Assembly: GCA_963845565.1 (NCBI GenBank)
Contig: CAWJSJ010000005.1
Location: forward strand, 416,001-480,000
Source of the DNA: an uncultured Methylomirabilota bacterium
Lineage (GTDB): Bacteria; Methylomirabilota; Methylomirabilia; Methylomirabilales; 2-02-FULL-66-22
Direction: 5' to 3'
Length of the DNA stretch: 64,000 bases
Each line of letters starts with the position of its first letter. Position 1 is the first letter of the stretch. Of the stretch, positions 18,233 through 29,216 are shown one piece after another. Both the position numbers and the translations under genes were made by a program. The notes under the pieces were generated by a model that did not search any database, was not told the origin of the DNA, and saw nothing but the letters and a program-made list of their open reading frames with translations.

Positions 18233-19363
18233 ATGAGTCGGAAGAAGATCCGGGTCGGCATCATCGGGGCGGGACGCATCGCCAACCTGGTGCATGTGCC
18301 GTCGCTGAAGCTTTGCTCGGAGATGTGCGAAGTGCTGGCCGTGACCTCGCGCACCGAGGAGAAGGCCGCGGCCTTCGCCGCCCAGTGGGGAATCCCGCGG
18401 GTGTACCCCGATTGGCGCGTCCTCCTCGGCGATCCGCAGATCGATGCGGTCGTGGTCTGTCCGCCCAGCGGGCTGACCGCCACGGTGGCCAGCGCGGTGA
18501 TCGCAGCCGGGAAACATATCTTGTGCGAGAAACCTCTTGGCTTGACCTATGCCAACGCGCAGGCGCTGCAGACGGCCGCCGCCGCCGCGGACATCGTCCA
18601 CATGGTGGCGTTCACCTTCCGGTTCGTTCCCGCCCTTCGCTACCTGAAGCGCCTGGTCGCCGAGGGGCACTTCGGCGAGATTCGTCACTGGCGGCTATCA
18701 TACTTCACCGATTTCATGCTGGACCCGGCGACGCCTGTCGCCTGGCGAAACCAGCGTGCCCAGGCGGGGGCGGGTATCCTGGCGGACATGGGATCCCACG
18801 CGATCGATTTCGCCCGGTATCTGTTGGGGGACATCGCGGCGGTCTCGGGCGCGAGCCGCGTGTACGTGCGGGAGCGCCCCAGCGCCTCCGGCGGTGCGCG
18901 CGTACCGGTTGACGCGGACGATGCCTGCACCTTCGCGGTGGAGTTTGCCGGCGGGGCCATCGGGAGCTTCGACTTCAACCGAGCCGTCGCGGGACGGGGC
19001 GGCACCGGCCGGGCCAACTACCAGTCCATCGAGGTCCACGGAACGGGCGGGGCCGCGATCTATGAACTGATCCACCCGTTCGAACTGCAGATCAGCCTGG
19101 GTCCCGCCATGACCCGGACCCAGCAGTGGGCCCGGGCCGAGGTGCCTCTGGACCTCCGGAAGTACCCGGGCTCGCCCCGGAATCCGCGGGTGGACGACCC
19201 GCTTCTGGGGTACAAGCTCGACCAGGGAGTCGCTTTCCTCAGGGCGATCCGCGGTGAGACACAGGAATACCCCACCTTCCACGACGGAGCGGCGGCCCAG
19301 AAAGTAGTGGACGCCGTCGAAACGGCCGCGCGGGAGCGGCGTTGGGTAGATCTGCAGGGATAA
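18233..19363 (+). CDS. Gfo/Idh/MocA family oxidoreductase
   Basis: GIIGAGRIA, GKHILCEKP, DMGSHAID. Confidence 0.92.
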   Translation: MSRKKIRVGIIGAGRIANLVHVPSLKLCSEMCEVLAVTSRTEEKAAAFAAQWGIPRVYPDWRVLLGDPQIDAVVVCPPSGLTATVASAVIAAGKHILCEKPLGLTYANAQALQTAAAAADIVHMVAFTFRFVPALRYLKRLVAEGHFGEIRHWRLSYFTDFMLDPATPVAWRNQRAQAGAGILADMGSHAIDFARYLLGDIAAVSGASRVYVRERPSASGGARVPVDADDACTFAVEFAGGAIGSFDFNRAVAGRGGTGRANYQSIEVHGTGGAAIYELIHPFELQISLGPAMTRTQQWARAEVPLDLRKYPGSPRNPRVDDPLLGYKLDQGVAFLRAIRGETQEYPTFHDGAAAQKVVDAVETAARERRWVDLQG

Positions 19364-19466
19364 TCGAGTTCGGAGGATTACCGACTTGACCATCGGATTC
19401 TGAGCAGGCATCATCATACCCTATGATCTCGGCGTACTTTGGCCGGTCGTGTCCGTGGAGGCAGGC

Positions 19467-20153
19467 ATGAATCCCTTCTTGATCCGGGCCATCATCTTCG
19501 ATTTCGACGGGGTGCTGTTCGACAGCGAGCCGGTGCGGTTCCGGGCGGGCGCCCAGGCGCTGGGGGAGATCGGCGTCACCCTCAGCTGGGAGGACTTTAC
19601 CCGGTGCTGGCTGGGCCGGACCGACGACGCCGGGCTGCGGGAGATCCTGGGGAAGCGGTTCGCCGCCGACGGCCCCCGAGTGATCGAGCGTCGGAACGCC
19701 GTCTACGAGCAGCGACTGGAAGAGGTCCAGCCGTTCACGGACGCCGCGCGCTTTTTGCGGCGGATCCCCGACGGGATCCGGCTGGCCATCGCCACGGGCT
19801 CCCGGCGGCTGGAGGTCGAGGGCATCCTGTGGCGCGCCGTCATGACGCAGAGTTTCCAGACGATCGTCACGGCCGAGGACTACACCCAGCCCAAACCGGC
19901 GCCCGATCCGTTCCTCACCGCCGCCCGCCTCCTCCAGTTGGTGCCGGCCGCCTGTCTGGTGGTCGAGGACAGCCCAGCCGGCGTGGCCGCCGCACAGGCT
20001 GCCGGGATGCCTGTGGTGGCGGTGGAGCGCGGCCAGGAGGTCCCGGGCCTGGAGCGGGCGACCTGGAAGGTGTCCACCCTGGACGATCTGGGGTTGACGC
20101 CTCGCGGGGAAGTGGTCGTCAAGGCAGGTGCGAGCGGAAGCACTCTGCTCTAG
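19467..20153 (+). CDS. HAD-family phosphatase (beta-phosphoglucomutase-like)
   Basis: FDFDGVL, ATGS, KPAPDPF, VEDSPAG. Confidence 0.9.
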   Translation: MNPFLIRAIIFDFDGVLFDSEPVRFRAGAQALGEIGVTLSWEDFTRCWLGRTDDAGLREILGKRFAADGPRVIERRNAVYEQRLEEVQPFTDAARFLRRIPDGIRLAIATGSRRLEVEGILWRAVMTQSFQTIVTAEDYTQPKPAPDPFLTAARLLQLVPAACLVVEDSPAGVAAAQAAGMPVVAVERGQEVPGLERATWKVSTLDDLGLTPRGEVVVKAGASGSTLL

Positions 20154-20320
20154 TCGGCGGATCGTCAGACGAGGACCGCCCACCGACGCGACTTGCCCAG
20201 ACGGCGGTCCATGAACGTGGCGTCGCGGGACAATCAGACGGTGACGCCCCCCTATTCCATTCTCTTCGCCCTCCCCTCGGCCCTCAAGAGTTTGGTTTGT
20301 TCTGATGGCTCAGGGTCCAC

Positions 20321-20434
20321 ATCGAGACCAAGCTGCTCCTCAGCAAGACGGCGCCCTTGTCCGAGGGGCAGGCGATCTTCGACGCCCTGCACAAGGGCAA
20401 TCCCTCGCTGATGAAGATCATGTTGCACCCCTGA
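20321..20434 (+). pseudogene. Orphan 3' fragment of a zinc-binding sugar-alcohol dehydrogenase (MDR family)
   Basis: IETKLLLSKTAPLSEGQAIFDALHKGNPSLMKIMLHP* resembles the C-terminus of GatD/sorbitol-dehydrogenase-like proteins; in-frame stop at 20303 and no start codon. Confidence 0.6.
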
Positions 20435-20544
20435 CGAACTCGCGATAGTTTGTGAAAGCGTTACCCACGAAAGGAGGAGATCCGCGGAGCCTGCGCGTTC
20501 TATGGTGGACCTATTACCCGATGGCTTGCAGGAGGAGAGGACCT

Positions 20545-21861
20545 ATGAGAAGCACGTGGGGAGCCTTGCTCGTCGGTATCGTGCTGATCGCGGCGGCGGT
20601 CGTGCTCTGCCCGGATGCCGGACAGGCGGGAGAGTTCAACTGGAAGCAGGCCCAGGGCACGGAGATTCGGTTCTTGGCCCTGCGGGCGTGGTTTACGGAC
20701 CACTGGAAGGCCAATCTGCCGGAGTTCGAGAAGCTGACGGGCATCAAGGTCGTCATCGAGGATTACCCGGAAGACCCCTTCCGGCAGAAGCTGGCGGTGG
20801 AGATGTCGGCCAAGAGCAAGGGCGTCGACGTGTTCTCGACCGGGACCATGCGCGAGGGGCGGCAGTTCTTCACGTCGGGCTGGTATGCCGACCTGACGCC
20901 CCTGGTCAACGACCCGACCGCCACCAGCGCCGAGTGGGACAGGAACGACTTCATCGATGCGGTCTGGAAGGCCCACCAGTTCGACGGCAAGCAGGTCGCG
21001 GTGCCGGTGCAGTCGAACGTCCAGATCCTCTTCTACCGCAAGGACCTCTTCGACGCCGCCGGGCTGAAGCCCCCCAAGACCCTGGACGAGCTGGAGGCCG
21101 CGGCCAAGAAGCTGCACAACCCGCCGTCGGTCTACGGGTTCGTGGCCCGCGGGCCGGAAGACCCAGGCGCCCTACACCTGGTCCCACTGGCTGTACGCCA
21201 ACGGCGGGAGCTGGCTGACCCCGGACGGCAAGCCCGGGATCAACACCCCGGCGGCCCTCGCGGCCGTGCAGCAGTACGTCCGGCTGCTGCGCACCTACGG
21301 CGAGCCGGGGGTGACGGACAGCGGGCCCATCGAGGTGCAGACGCCACTTCCTGCAGGGGCGGGCGGCCATGATTCTGGACGCCGTCTCCTGGGGCGGGAT
21401 CTTCAGCGACCCGCAGAAGTCCAAGGTCGTCGGCAAGTGGGAAGGGGCCCTGGCCCCGCCGGGCCCGGCGGGCGTGACCTACGAGCTCTGGGCCTGGAGC
21501 CTGGCCATGTCGCCCTTCTCGGAGAAGAAGAAGGCCGCCTGGCTCTTCATGCAGTGGGCCACCAGCAAGGAGATCCAGAAGCCGCTCCACCTCCGCAGCT
21601 TCCCCATGCCGCGGAAATCGCTGTGGACGGACCCGGAGTGGAAGTCCAAGGTCCTCGCCGGGATATTATGAAGCGGCCATGACGCAGGTGCAGAACGCGC
21701 GGCCCATCGGCCACCCGCCGTGCGTGGCGTCGCCCGAGGTCACGGACATCGTCGGGGTCGCCATCAACAACGCCCTGGCGGGCAAGGACGTGAAGGCGGA
21801 GATGGACGCCGCGGCCAAGAAGATGGCCGACGTCCTGGAAAAGACCGAGCCGAAGCGGTAA
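20545..21861 (+). pseudogene. Sugar ABC transporter substrate-binding protein, about 3 frameshifts (real decay or sequence error)
   Basis: Signal peptide, FEKLTGIKV and LFYRKDLF...PKTLDEL. Coding signal switches frame near 21150, 21345 and 21655. Confidence 0.8.
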
Positions 21862-21956
21862 GCCGGTAAGGAAGAACTTGCCGGAGAAATGCGGGAACGG
21901 CATAAGGAGCCGTAACGAAATGACAAAGCGTGGCCAAGCTATTTCGTAACGGCTCC
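21859..21956. repeat. Palindromic element, family B, copy 2 (more diverged)
   Basis: TAAGCCG...ACGGCATAAGGAGCCGTAACGAAAT...TATTTCGTAACGGCTCC, starting at the stop codon of the binding-protein gene. Confidence 0.8.
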
Positions 21957-21994
21957 GAACGCGAGAAGACCGGGGAGGACGAAGGGGACGCGAC

Positions 21995-22936
21995 ATGACG
22001 GCACACGCGACAGGGGGTATCCGGGGCACGCCAGACGGTCGGGGCCGACGCCCGGCCTCGGCCGCTGGGTCGACCGGCACATCTCGTGGTTCTTCGTCCT
22101 CCCCGCCGTCTTCTTCCTCGCGGCGGTCCTCGCCTTCCCCGTCGCTTTACACCGCGGGCCTGAGCCTCTTCCGCTGGTCCGGCGCCGCGACGACGTCGCC
22201 GGCCTGGGTCGGCCTCGGCAATTATGCGCGATGTGTTCTGCCGGCGACCCCGGCTTTCGGAACGCCCTCTTCGTGACGGCTCTACTTCACCGGGGTCTCG
22301 CTCCTGGTCGAGGTGGGGCTCGGGCGTGGGGCTCGCCCAGCTCCTGAACCGGGAGTTCGTCGGCAAAGGGATCGCCCGGACCCTCCTCATCCTGCCCGTC
22401 GCCGGGACCCCCGTGGCGCTGGCCTTGGTCTGGCGCCACATGTACAACCCCTCCAACGGGATCTTCACCTGGTTCGCCGAGATCCTGCATCTCCCGCCGC
22501 AGCGCTGGCTGGCGGACGCGACCACGGTGATTCCCTCGCTCATCCTCTTCGACGTCTGGCAGTGGACGCCCGCTGATCATGCTGATCACGCTGGCCGGCC
22601 TCGTCTCGCTGCCCGCGGACATCTACGAGGCGGCGCAGATCGACGGCGCCAGCCCCTGGCAGGTCCTTCTGGCGGATCACGCTGCCCTTGGTCCGGCCGA
22701 CCATCGTGGCGGCCGCCATGCTGCGGTTCATGGACTCGGTCAAGACCTTCGACCAGATCTACGTGACCACCCAAGGGGGGCCCGGCATCGCCTCGCAGAC
22801 GCTCAACCTGTACGTCTTCGACCAGGCCTTTCAGTACCTGCACTTCGGGTATGCGAGCGCGCTTCTGGTCGTCCTCTTCTTCGTCATCCTCGCGGGGAAC
22901 GTGATGCTGGCGTCGGTCCGCAGGGGGAGGGAATGA
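21995..22936 (+). pseudogene. Sugar ABC permease (MalF-like), multiply frameshifted
   Basis: Fragments [27 protein letters not shown] and [13 protein letters not shown] are spread across frames. Confidence 0.8.
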
Positions 22937-23777
22937 TGGGCGGACAGGGTGGGGCCCACGGCGCGGGCGTTTCGCCCGGCGCGTCTTTTTTTACGGCGCG
23001 CTCGTCCTCGTGCTGGTGGTCTTCGTATTTCCCGTTCTTCTGGATGGCCTTCAACAGCTTCAAGACCCACGAGAAGATCCTGGAGTATCCGCCGGCGTTC
23101 GTCTTCTCGCCGACCCTGGACAACTTCAGGAACGTCCTCTGGCAGACCCCCGTCCTGAAGTTCACCTGGAACAGCGTCCTGGTCGCCTTCGGCTCCGTGG
23201 CGGTCGGCATGGCTCCTCGGCCTTGCCCGCCGCCTACGGGATCGCGCGCTACGGCCACCGGACGCTGGCCCTGGGCATCCTGGTCTGCCGGATGATCCCG
23301 GGGATCTCGTTCCTGGTGCCCTGGTTCATCGTCTTCCGGGCCCTGGGCCTTATGGACACGTACACGGGGCTCGTCATCGCCCATCTGGTCATCACGGTCC
23401 CCCTCATCACCTGGATCATGATCGGCTTCTTCGAAGAGGTCCCAGTGGAGCTGGAGGAGGCCGCCCGCATCGACGGCTGCTCGCGGGCCGGGGTGTTCCT
23501 GCGGATCGCCCTGCCGCTCGTCCGGCCCGGCCTCGTCTCGGCCGCGATCCTGGCCCTGATCTTCACCTGGAACAGCTTTCTCTTTCCTCTCATCCTGGCG
23601 GGCGTGAAGACGAAGACCCTGCCGGTCGTCGTCTACAGCTTCATGACCTTCGACTACCTGGACCTGGGCGGCGTCTACGCCGCCTCCACCCTCGTGACCC
23701 TCCCGGTCGTCATCATGGTGCTCCTCGTGCAGCGCCAGTTCATCCGCGGGCTTACGCTCGGCGGGCTCAAGGGGTAA
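22933..23777 (+). pseudogene. Sugar ABC permease (MalG-like), frameshifted in the 5' half
   Basis: FPFFWM..SFKT, PTLDNF, ELEEAARIDG and QRQFIRGLTLGGLKG; frame changes near 22960 and 23215. Confidence 0.8.
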
Positions 23778-23905
23778 CCGGAGATCTGGCAAGTGTCGAT
23801 ATCGCGCAAGAGCAAGAGGATGACACGTCGAGGGATGAGACAGGGAGAGGACGGGACAATACGCCATCCCTTGCGACCGCCGTGGTCCGGGTAGGGGGAA
23901 GCATC

Positions 23906-25711
23906 GTGTCGAGACGCGCCGTTTCGCACCAAACTACCCGACGTCGCGGGAGGAAGGCCGGGGCATCGCGGTGGACACGCCGCACCCGAGTGTCGCTGCG
24001 CAGCGCGTGGCGGGCCAATCGCCTGTTCTGCTATTCGATCTTGGTCGGCGTGCTCGGGGCGTTCGGCGCACGGATCTTCATCTGGATGCTCGAGTGGGGC
24101 GAGCGGATCTTCATGGGGGGAATCGCCGGGTACATTCCCCCGGCGCTCGGGGTGTCCGATCCCGCTCCGGTCTTTGCCGGGGCCAGTGTCTGGCTTATTC
24201 CGGTGTCGACCGCGGTCGGTGCATTGCTGTGCGGGCTCCTGGTGTACACAGTGGCACCCGAGGCGGAAGGGCATGGAACGGATGCCGCCATCGCCTCGTA
24301 TCACTTCCGGGGCTCCCGCGTTCGGCCGATCGTGCCTCTCATTAAGGCGGTTGCCTCGTCCATCACCATCGGATCGGGTGGCGCCGCAGGCCGCGAGGGC
24401 CCGGCCGCACAGATCAGTTCGGGTGCGGCGGCGGTCCTGTGCGACGTGCTCCGGGTTCCCCTCGCGGAGCGGCGGATCCTGGTTCTTGCCGGGATGGCCG
24501 CCGGGCTATCCGCGATCTTCCGCGCCCCTCTAGGTATGGCGATCTTTGCCAGCGAGATCCTGTACTCCGGGCTCGCCTTCGAGTACGAGGCCATACCATT
24601 CACACTGGTCGCTTCGGTCGTCGCGTACGCGGTGAATGGACTCTTCGTCGGCTGGGACACCCTGTTTCTCATTCCGCCCGGGTTGACGTTTCTGCGACCC
24701 GTCGAGCTGGGAGGCTACGCGATCCTCGGCGCGGCGGCCGGTGTGGTGGGAGCCATCGAGCCCACCATTTTCTACGGGGTGCGTGACCTCTTCGCGCGAC
24801 TACGCCTACCGCGCCATCTGAAGCCCGCAGTCGGCGGAATTCTCATGGGCCTCATCGCCATGGCGCTTCCGCAGACGCTCGCTACCGGGTTCGGCTGGGT
24901 GCAGATGGCACTCACCGGGGGATACGCGGGCTCCGTGCTCCTCCTGCTCGTTTTTGCCAAGATCGTTGCTATGTCCCTCACGATTTCTTCCGGAGGCTCC
25001 GGAGGCGTGTTTGGGCCGAACGTGTACATCGGGGCCATGCTCGGAGGTGGGGTAGTATCGGTCTTGAACGGCTGGTTCCCGGGTGCCCATTTCTTGGTGC
25101 CCGCCTTCGTGGTGGTGGGGATGGGGGCGGTGTTTTCGGGTACGGCGCGCGTTCCGGTGTCCACACTGATCATGGTCGTGGAGATGACCGGAGGTTATGG
25201 CCTGATCGTCCCATCCATGCTTGCGTCGTCGGTCAGCTTCATCGTACAGCGGGCCGTCGGGAACCGCCTTCCGTACCCTCGTCTCTACGAGTCGCAGGTC
25301 GAGACGCGGCTGGACTCCCCGGTTCATCACCGCCGGATTGCCCGAGGGGTCTTCTCGCTTCTCGAGCGGCCAGAAGCCTCCCAGGCGCTGGCCGGCCTGA
25401 CGCCCCCGACGCTGAGCAGCCTGGTACGGTTCGGGCGCTCTATTAGTATCCACGGAGGGCGCGGGCGGGTCTTTTCGTGGGTTGTCCCGGATGCCGGGCT
25501 CTTGGTCGGCCGCTCCACGACCGGTGTATTCGCGGAGGACGGCAGTCCGCTGACCCTGGTCGGTGTGGTGCGCGGTGGAGACTTGCTGCCGCCGGATGAC
25601 AGGGGTCGGTTGCAGGCAGGCGATTCGTTGATCCTGGCCGGCACCGAGGAGGCGCAGCTGCGCTTTTTCGAACGCCATGGAGAAGGGGTTCAGCGGACGA
25701 TCACGGATTGA
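23906..25711 (+). CDS. ClC-family chloride channel/antiporter with a C-terminal TrkA-C-like domain
   Basis: AEGHGTD, GREGP, GGSGGVFGP, EMTGGY, LYESQ; C-terminal GVVRGG.LLP...LQAGDSL. Start uncertain. Confidence 0.88.
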   Translation: MSRRAVSHQTTRRRGRKAGASRWTRRTRVSLRSAWRANRLFCYSILVGVLGAFGARIFIWMLEWGERIFMGGIAGYIPPALGVSDPAPVFAGASVWLIPVSTAVGALLCGLLVYTVAPEAEGHGTDAAIASYHFRGSRVRPIVPLIKAVASSITIGSGGAAGREGPAAQISSGAAAVLCDVLRVPLAERRILVLAGMAAGLSAIFRAPLGMAIFASEILYSGLAFEYEAIPFTLVASVVAYAVNGLFVGWDTLFLIPPGLTFLRPVELGGYAILGAAAGVVGAIEPTIFYGVRDLFARLRLPRHLKPAVGGILMGLIAMALPQTLATGFGWVQMALTGGYAGSVLLLLVFAKIVAMSLTISSGGSGGVFGPNVYIGAMLGGGVVSVLNGWFPGAHFLVPAFVVVGMGAVFSGTARVPVSTLIMVVEMTGGYGLIVPSMLASSVSFIVQRAVGNRLPYPRLYESQVETRLDSPVHHRRIARGVFSLLERPEASQALAGLTPPTLSSLVRFGRSISIHGGRGRVFSWVVPDAGLLVGRSTTGVFAEDGSPLTLVGVVRGGDLLPPDDRGRLQAGDSLILAGTEEAQLRFFERHGEGVQRTITD

Positions 25712-25898
25712 CTCGTCCGACCGCAACAATGCGGCGCCATGTGGGCGGATTGTCGCCCTCTCGGCGCCTTCTGGCTGGGCGCCGAAAAAAGTCTATTGCG
25801 GGAGATCGGTGCGGATAGTATAAGGGATAGTACCCAAGACGTCACATCCTCGACTGACCGGTTCGAATCCGCCGGAACTTTTCGACAAGGAGTGGAAC

Positions 25899-26883
25899 AT
25901 GAAGGGGAAAGCGCTGGTCTCGGCTGTGTGCTACCTTGTTCTGGTGGTGGGCCATCTGCGTTACGTCGGCTTCGGCGGCCGATAAGCCTAAGGACTTTCC
26001 GAACCGGCCCATCACCATCATGGTCGGCTTCGGCGCCGGCGGGTCGAGCGACGTGGGGGTCCGGATTCTGGGCGAGGCGTTGAAGAAGGTCATCGGGCAG
26101 ACCGTCTTGGTGGAAAACAAGCCCGGCGCCGGCGGCCAGGTGATGTGGACCGACTTCAAGAACAACGCCAAGCCGGACGGCTACACCCTGGCGCTTATCA
26201 ATGTGCCTCAACTCCAGACCACCGTCTTCGACCCCACCCGGAAGCCGGCGTTCACCATGAAGGATTTCCAGCCGGTGGCGAACCACGTCCAGGACCCCGG
26301 CGCCATCTTCGTTCGGACGGAGAGCCCGTACAAGACCCTGGAGGATCTGCTGAAAGACGCCAAGGCGCGGCCGAAGCAGATCAAGGCCTCGACCACCGGG
26401 ATCGGCAGCGACGACCACTTGTCGGTGCTGGACGTGGAGCGCAAGGCGGGGGTACAGTTCAACACCGTGCATCTGGTGGACACGCCCACGGCGCTGCGCC
26501 AGGTTCTGGGTGGACACACCGACGTGAACTTCGACAACGTCGGAGGTTTCCTGCCCGCGACGAAGTCGGGCCAGGGGCGGATGCTGGCGGTCTTTGACGA
26601 CAAGCGGTTCCCGGATGCCCCCGATGTCCCGACCATGCGCGAGAAGGGGATCGAACTGATCTCGTCCTCCACCCGCGGCTACGTCTATCCGGCCGGGACC
26701 CCCATGGAGATCGTGAAGTACATGGAAGACAGCATCAAAAAGGCCATGGACGATCCCGACCACGTCAAGCGCATGAAGGAGTCGGGGTTGGCCCTGAAGT
26801 TCATGGGGGTGGATGACTTCGCCAAGTTCCTGGAGTCCCAGAACGAGCGAGCCAAGGACCTGATCGGCCTCTATCGCAAATAG
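25899..26883 (+). CDS. tctC: Tripartite tricarboxylate transporter substrate-binding protein (Bug), with an apparent +1 frameshift in the signal peptide
   Basis: FP.RPI...VGFGAGG.SD, VENKPGAGG, KPDGYTL, PDVPT. The SD AAGGAG and ATG at 25899 are one base out of frame with the mature domain (extra G near 25950). Confidence 0.85.
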
Positions 26884-26904
26884 CCGGACCGCAGGCGCCG
26901 GCTG

Positions 26905-26944
26905 CCCGGCACCCCGCGGGCGGGGGGTGCCGGGTTTCCTTTTT
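26905..26944 (+). terminator. Hairpin with U-tract after tctC
   Basis: CCCGGCACCCC...GGGGTGCCGGG followed by TTTCCTTTTT. Confidence 0.7.
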
Positions 26945-26986
26945 CGCTGCGGATACGACCGGCCGTCCGGCCGTGACGGGTGACGC

Positions 26987-27442
26987 ATGAGCATCGTGGA
27001 TCGCGTGTCGTGGAGCGTCCTGTTCCTCTTCGGGGGTTTCGTCGTCTACGAATCGCTCCAGATCAAGTACTACGGGAGCGACTTCGGCCCCGGTCCGGGC
27101 TTCTTCTCGTTCTGGCTGGGGGTCCTGGTGATGCTGCTGTCGCTCTACGAGATTGCCCGGAACCTGCGTCGCCACGAGTCGCTGGCCCCGGGTTTCTTCC
27201 CAGATCGGGCGGCGCTCCTCCGGATCGGCAGCCTGCTGGGGGCGCTGGTTGCTGCGGTCTTCCTGCTGGACCGGTTGGGGTACAGTCTGACGATGTTCCT
27301 GTTCTGCGGGTTTCTCCTGCGGGTCCTGGGGAAGCAGTCCTGGTGGCTGACCGCGATCCTGACGCTGCTGGGAAGTTTCGGCACGGCGTTTCTCTTCCGG
27401 CAGCTTCAGGTGCTGTTACCAAGGGGATTCCTGGGGATCTGA
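26987..27442 (+). CDS. tctB: TTT small membrane subunit
   Basis: GPGPGFF, four TM helices, C-terminal LP.G. Confidence 0.85.
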   Translation: MSIVDRVSWSVLFLFGGFVVYESLQIKYYGSDFGPGPGFFSFWLGVLVMLLSLYEIARNLRRHESLAPGFFPDRAALLRIGSLLGALVAAVFLLDRLGYSLTMFLFCGFLLRVLGKQSWWLTAILTLLGSFGTAFLFRQLQVLLPRGFLGI

Positions 27443-27594
27443 CAGGCCGCTGAAGAGGGCCCATTTGCAGCGTTGGCCCGCTCGAGCGCTCGCTCAGGCG
27501 TATCGTGCATACGCTCATTCGGTACTCCGCGACCCGCCTTGCATCCGGGCCCTTTTGAGCTGCCTGACGTCGAACCGGTTTTGTGGCATCCTGT
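27443..27594. repeat. Palindromic element, family A, copy 2 (diverged), between tctB and tctA
   Basis: CAGGCCGCTGAAGAGGGCCCAT...GCGTATcgtgcATACGC...CCTTTTGAGCTGCCTG. Confidence 0.75.
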
Positions 27595-27608
27595 TGGAGG
27601 GGCGACGC

Positions 27609-29120
27609 GTGGAGACGCTTCAACATCTGCTCAACGGGTTCTGGGTTGCACTCTCGCCCCTGAACCTGCTGTTTGCCACCATCGGCTGCTTCCTGGGGAC
27701 GCTGATCGGAGTCTTGCCGGGTCTGGGTCCCGCGGCGGGAACGGCGCTCCTGATCCCCATCACGTTCAAGTTGGAGCCGACCTCTGCCATCATCATGCTG
27801 GCGGCCATCTACTACGGGGCGATGTACGGGGGAACCATCACTTCGGTCCTGGTCAACGTCCCCGGCGAGGCGGCGAGTGTCGTGACCTGCCTGGACGGCT
27901 ACGCGATGGCCAAGCAGGGCCGAGCCGGTGCGGCGCTCGGCATCGCCGCCATCGGCTCCTTCATCGGCGGCAGCATCGCCACGCTCGGATTGGTCGTCAT
28001 GGCGCTGCCCCTGTCCCGCTTCGCCCTGAAATTCGGACCGCCGGAATACTTCTCGCTGATCCTGGTCGGGCTCTCGCTGGTGATGGCCTTGGCCGGAAAG
28101 TCGCTCTCCAAGGCCCTGGTGATGGGGGTCGTCGGTCTGATCTTTTCGTTTGTTGGTATCGACCCGATCGAGGGGGCGCCGCGGTTTGATTTCGGCATCA
28201 CCCCGCTGCTCGACGGCATCCGGTTCGTCCCGGTCGTCATGGGCTTCTTCGGTATCGGCGAGATCCTGATGAATGCCGAGAAGTCGCTGGAAGGCAAGGT
28301 GGTGGAGGAAGGCAAAGTGTCCACGTTCCTTCCCCGGCGCGAGGAGTACCGGATTTGCCTGAGCGCGATCAACCGCGGGACCTGGCTGGGCTTCTTCCTT
28401 GGCCTGATCCCGGGGACCAACTCTGCGGTGGCCTCCTTCATGTCCTACGCGATCGAGAAGAAGGTCTCCAGGCACCCGGAGAAGTTCGGAACCGGGGTCA
28501 TCGAAGGGGTGGCGGCTCCCGAGACGGCCAACAATTCTTACGCCAACGCGGCCCTGATACCGCTCTTCACGCTGGGAATCCCCGGCTCACCCACGGTGGC
28601 CATCCTGATGGGGGCCCTGATCATGAACGGGCTGACCCCCGGGCCCCTGCTCTTTTCTCAGCACGCCACATTCGTCTGGGCGGTGATCGCCAGCCTGTAC
28701 ATCGGCAACGTGATCCTGCTGATCCTGAATCTTCCGCTGGTGAACTTGTGGGTGAAGCTCCTCAAGATTCCCTACAACATCCTGGTGGTGTTCATCCTGG
28801 TCTTTTGCATCATCGGGGCCTACAGCCTGAACAACAGCGTCTTCGACGTCGGGATGATGATCTTCTGCGGCCTGCTGGGGTATGTCTTCAAGAAGCTGGA
28901 CTTCCCGCTGGCGCCGGCCATCCTGACGCTGATCCTGGGCCCCCAGATGGAGCGGAGCCTGCGGGAGTCCCTGTCCATGTCCCAGGGGGACTACAGCACC
29001 TTCTTCACGCGACCGATCTCCCTGGTGCTCCTCATCATCACGGCGATCATCTTCATCACCTCCGCCTGGCAGGCGCTGCCGTCAGCGGTGCGGGAAGAGA
29101 GCAAGGAAGCGCAAGTGTGA
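27609..29120 (+). CDS. tctA: TTT large membrane subunit
   Basis: [18 protein letters not shown]...DGY.MA, PETANN, LGIPG; GTG start after GGAGG. Confidence 0.93.
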   Translation: METLQHLLNGFWVALSPLNLLFATIGCFLGTLIGVLPGLGPAAGTALLIPITFKLEPTSAIIMLAAIYYGAMYGGTITSVLVNVPGEAASVVTCLDGYAMAKQGRAGAALGIAAIGSFIGGSIATLGLVVMALPLSRFALKFGPPEYFSLILVGLSLVMALAGKSLSKALVMGVVGLIFSFVGIDPIEGAPRFDFGITPLLDGIRFVPVVMGFFGIGEILMNAEKSLEGKVVEEGKVSTFLPRREEYRICLSAINRGTWLGFFLGLIPGTNSAVASFMSYAIEKKVSRHPEKFGTGVIEGVAAPETANNSYANAALIPLFTLGIPGSPTVAILMGALIMNGLTPGPLLFSQHATFVWAVIASLYIGNVILLILNLPLVNLWVKLLKIPYNILVVFILVFCIIGAYSLNNSVFDVGMMIFCGLLGYVFKKLDFPLAPAILTLILGPQMERSLRESLSMSQGDYSTFFTRPISLVLLIITAIIFITSAWQALPSAVREESKEAQV

Positions 29121-29216
29121 CGGGGGAGTCGTGGGCCGCGGAACCGGCCGGCCACAGGAAGCACAGGAGAACCCGAGCCACGAGCATATAGCGGCGCGTT
29201 GAGACTGGAGGGAACC

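Noticed and set aside
20287..20312. Similarity to the 16S 27F primer (AGAGTTTG...ATGGCTCAG)
   Set aside because: The middle does not match and no rRNA sequence follows
23778..23905. Fluoride riboswitch or fluoride-specific ClC
   Set aside because: No GGCGATGG...TGATG motif, and the protein has GREGP rather than the CLC-F signatures
25856..25875. GGTTCGAATCC, a tRNA T-loop signature
   Set aside because: Only 3 bp of T-stem, and no acceptor, D or anticodon arms can be formed
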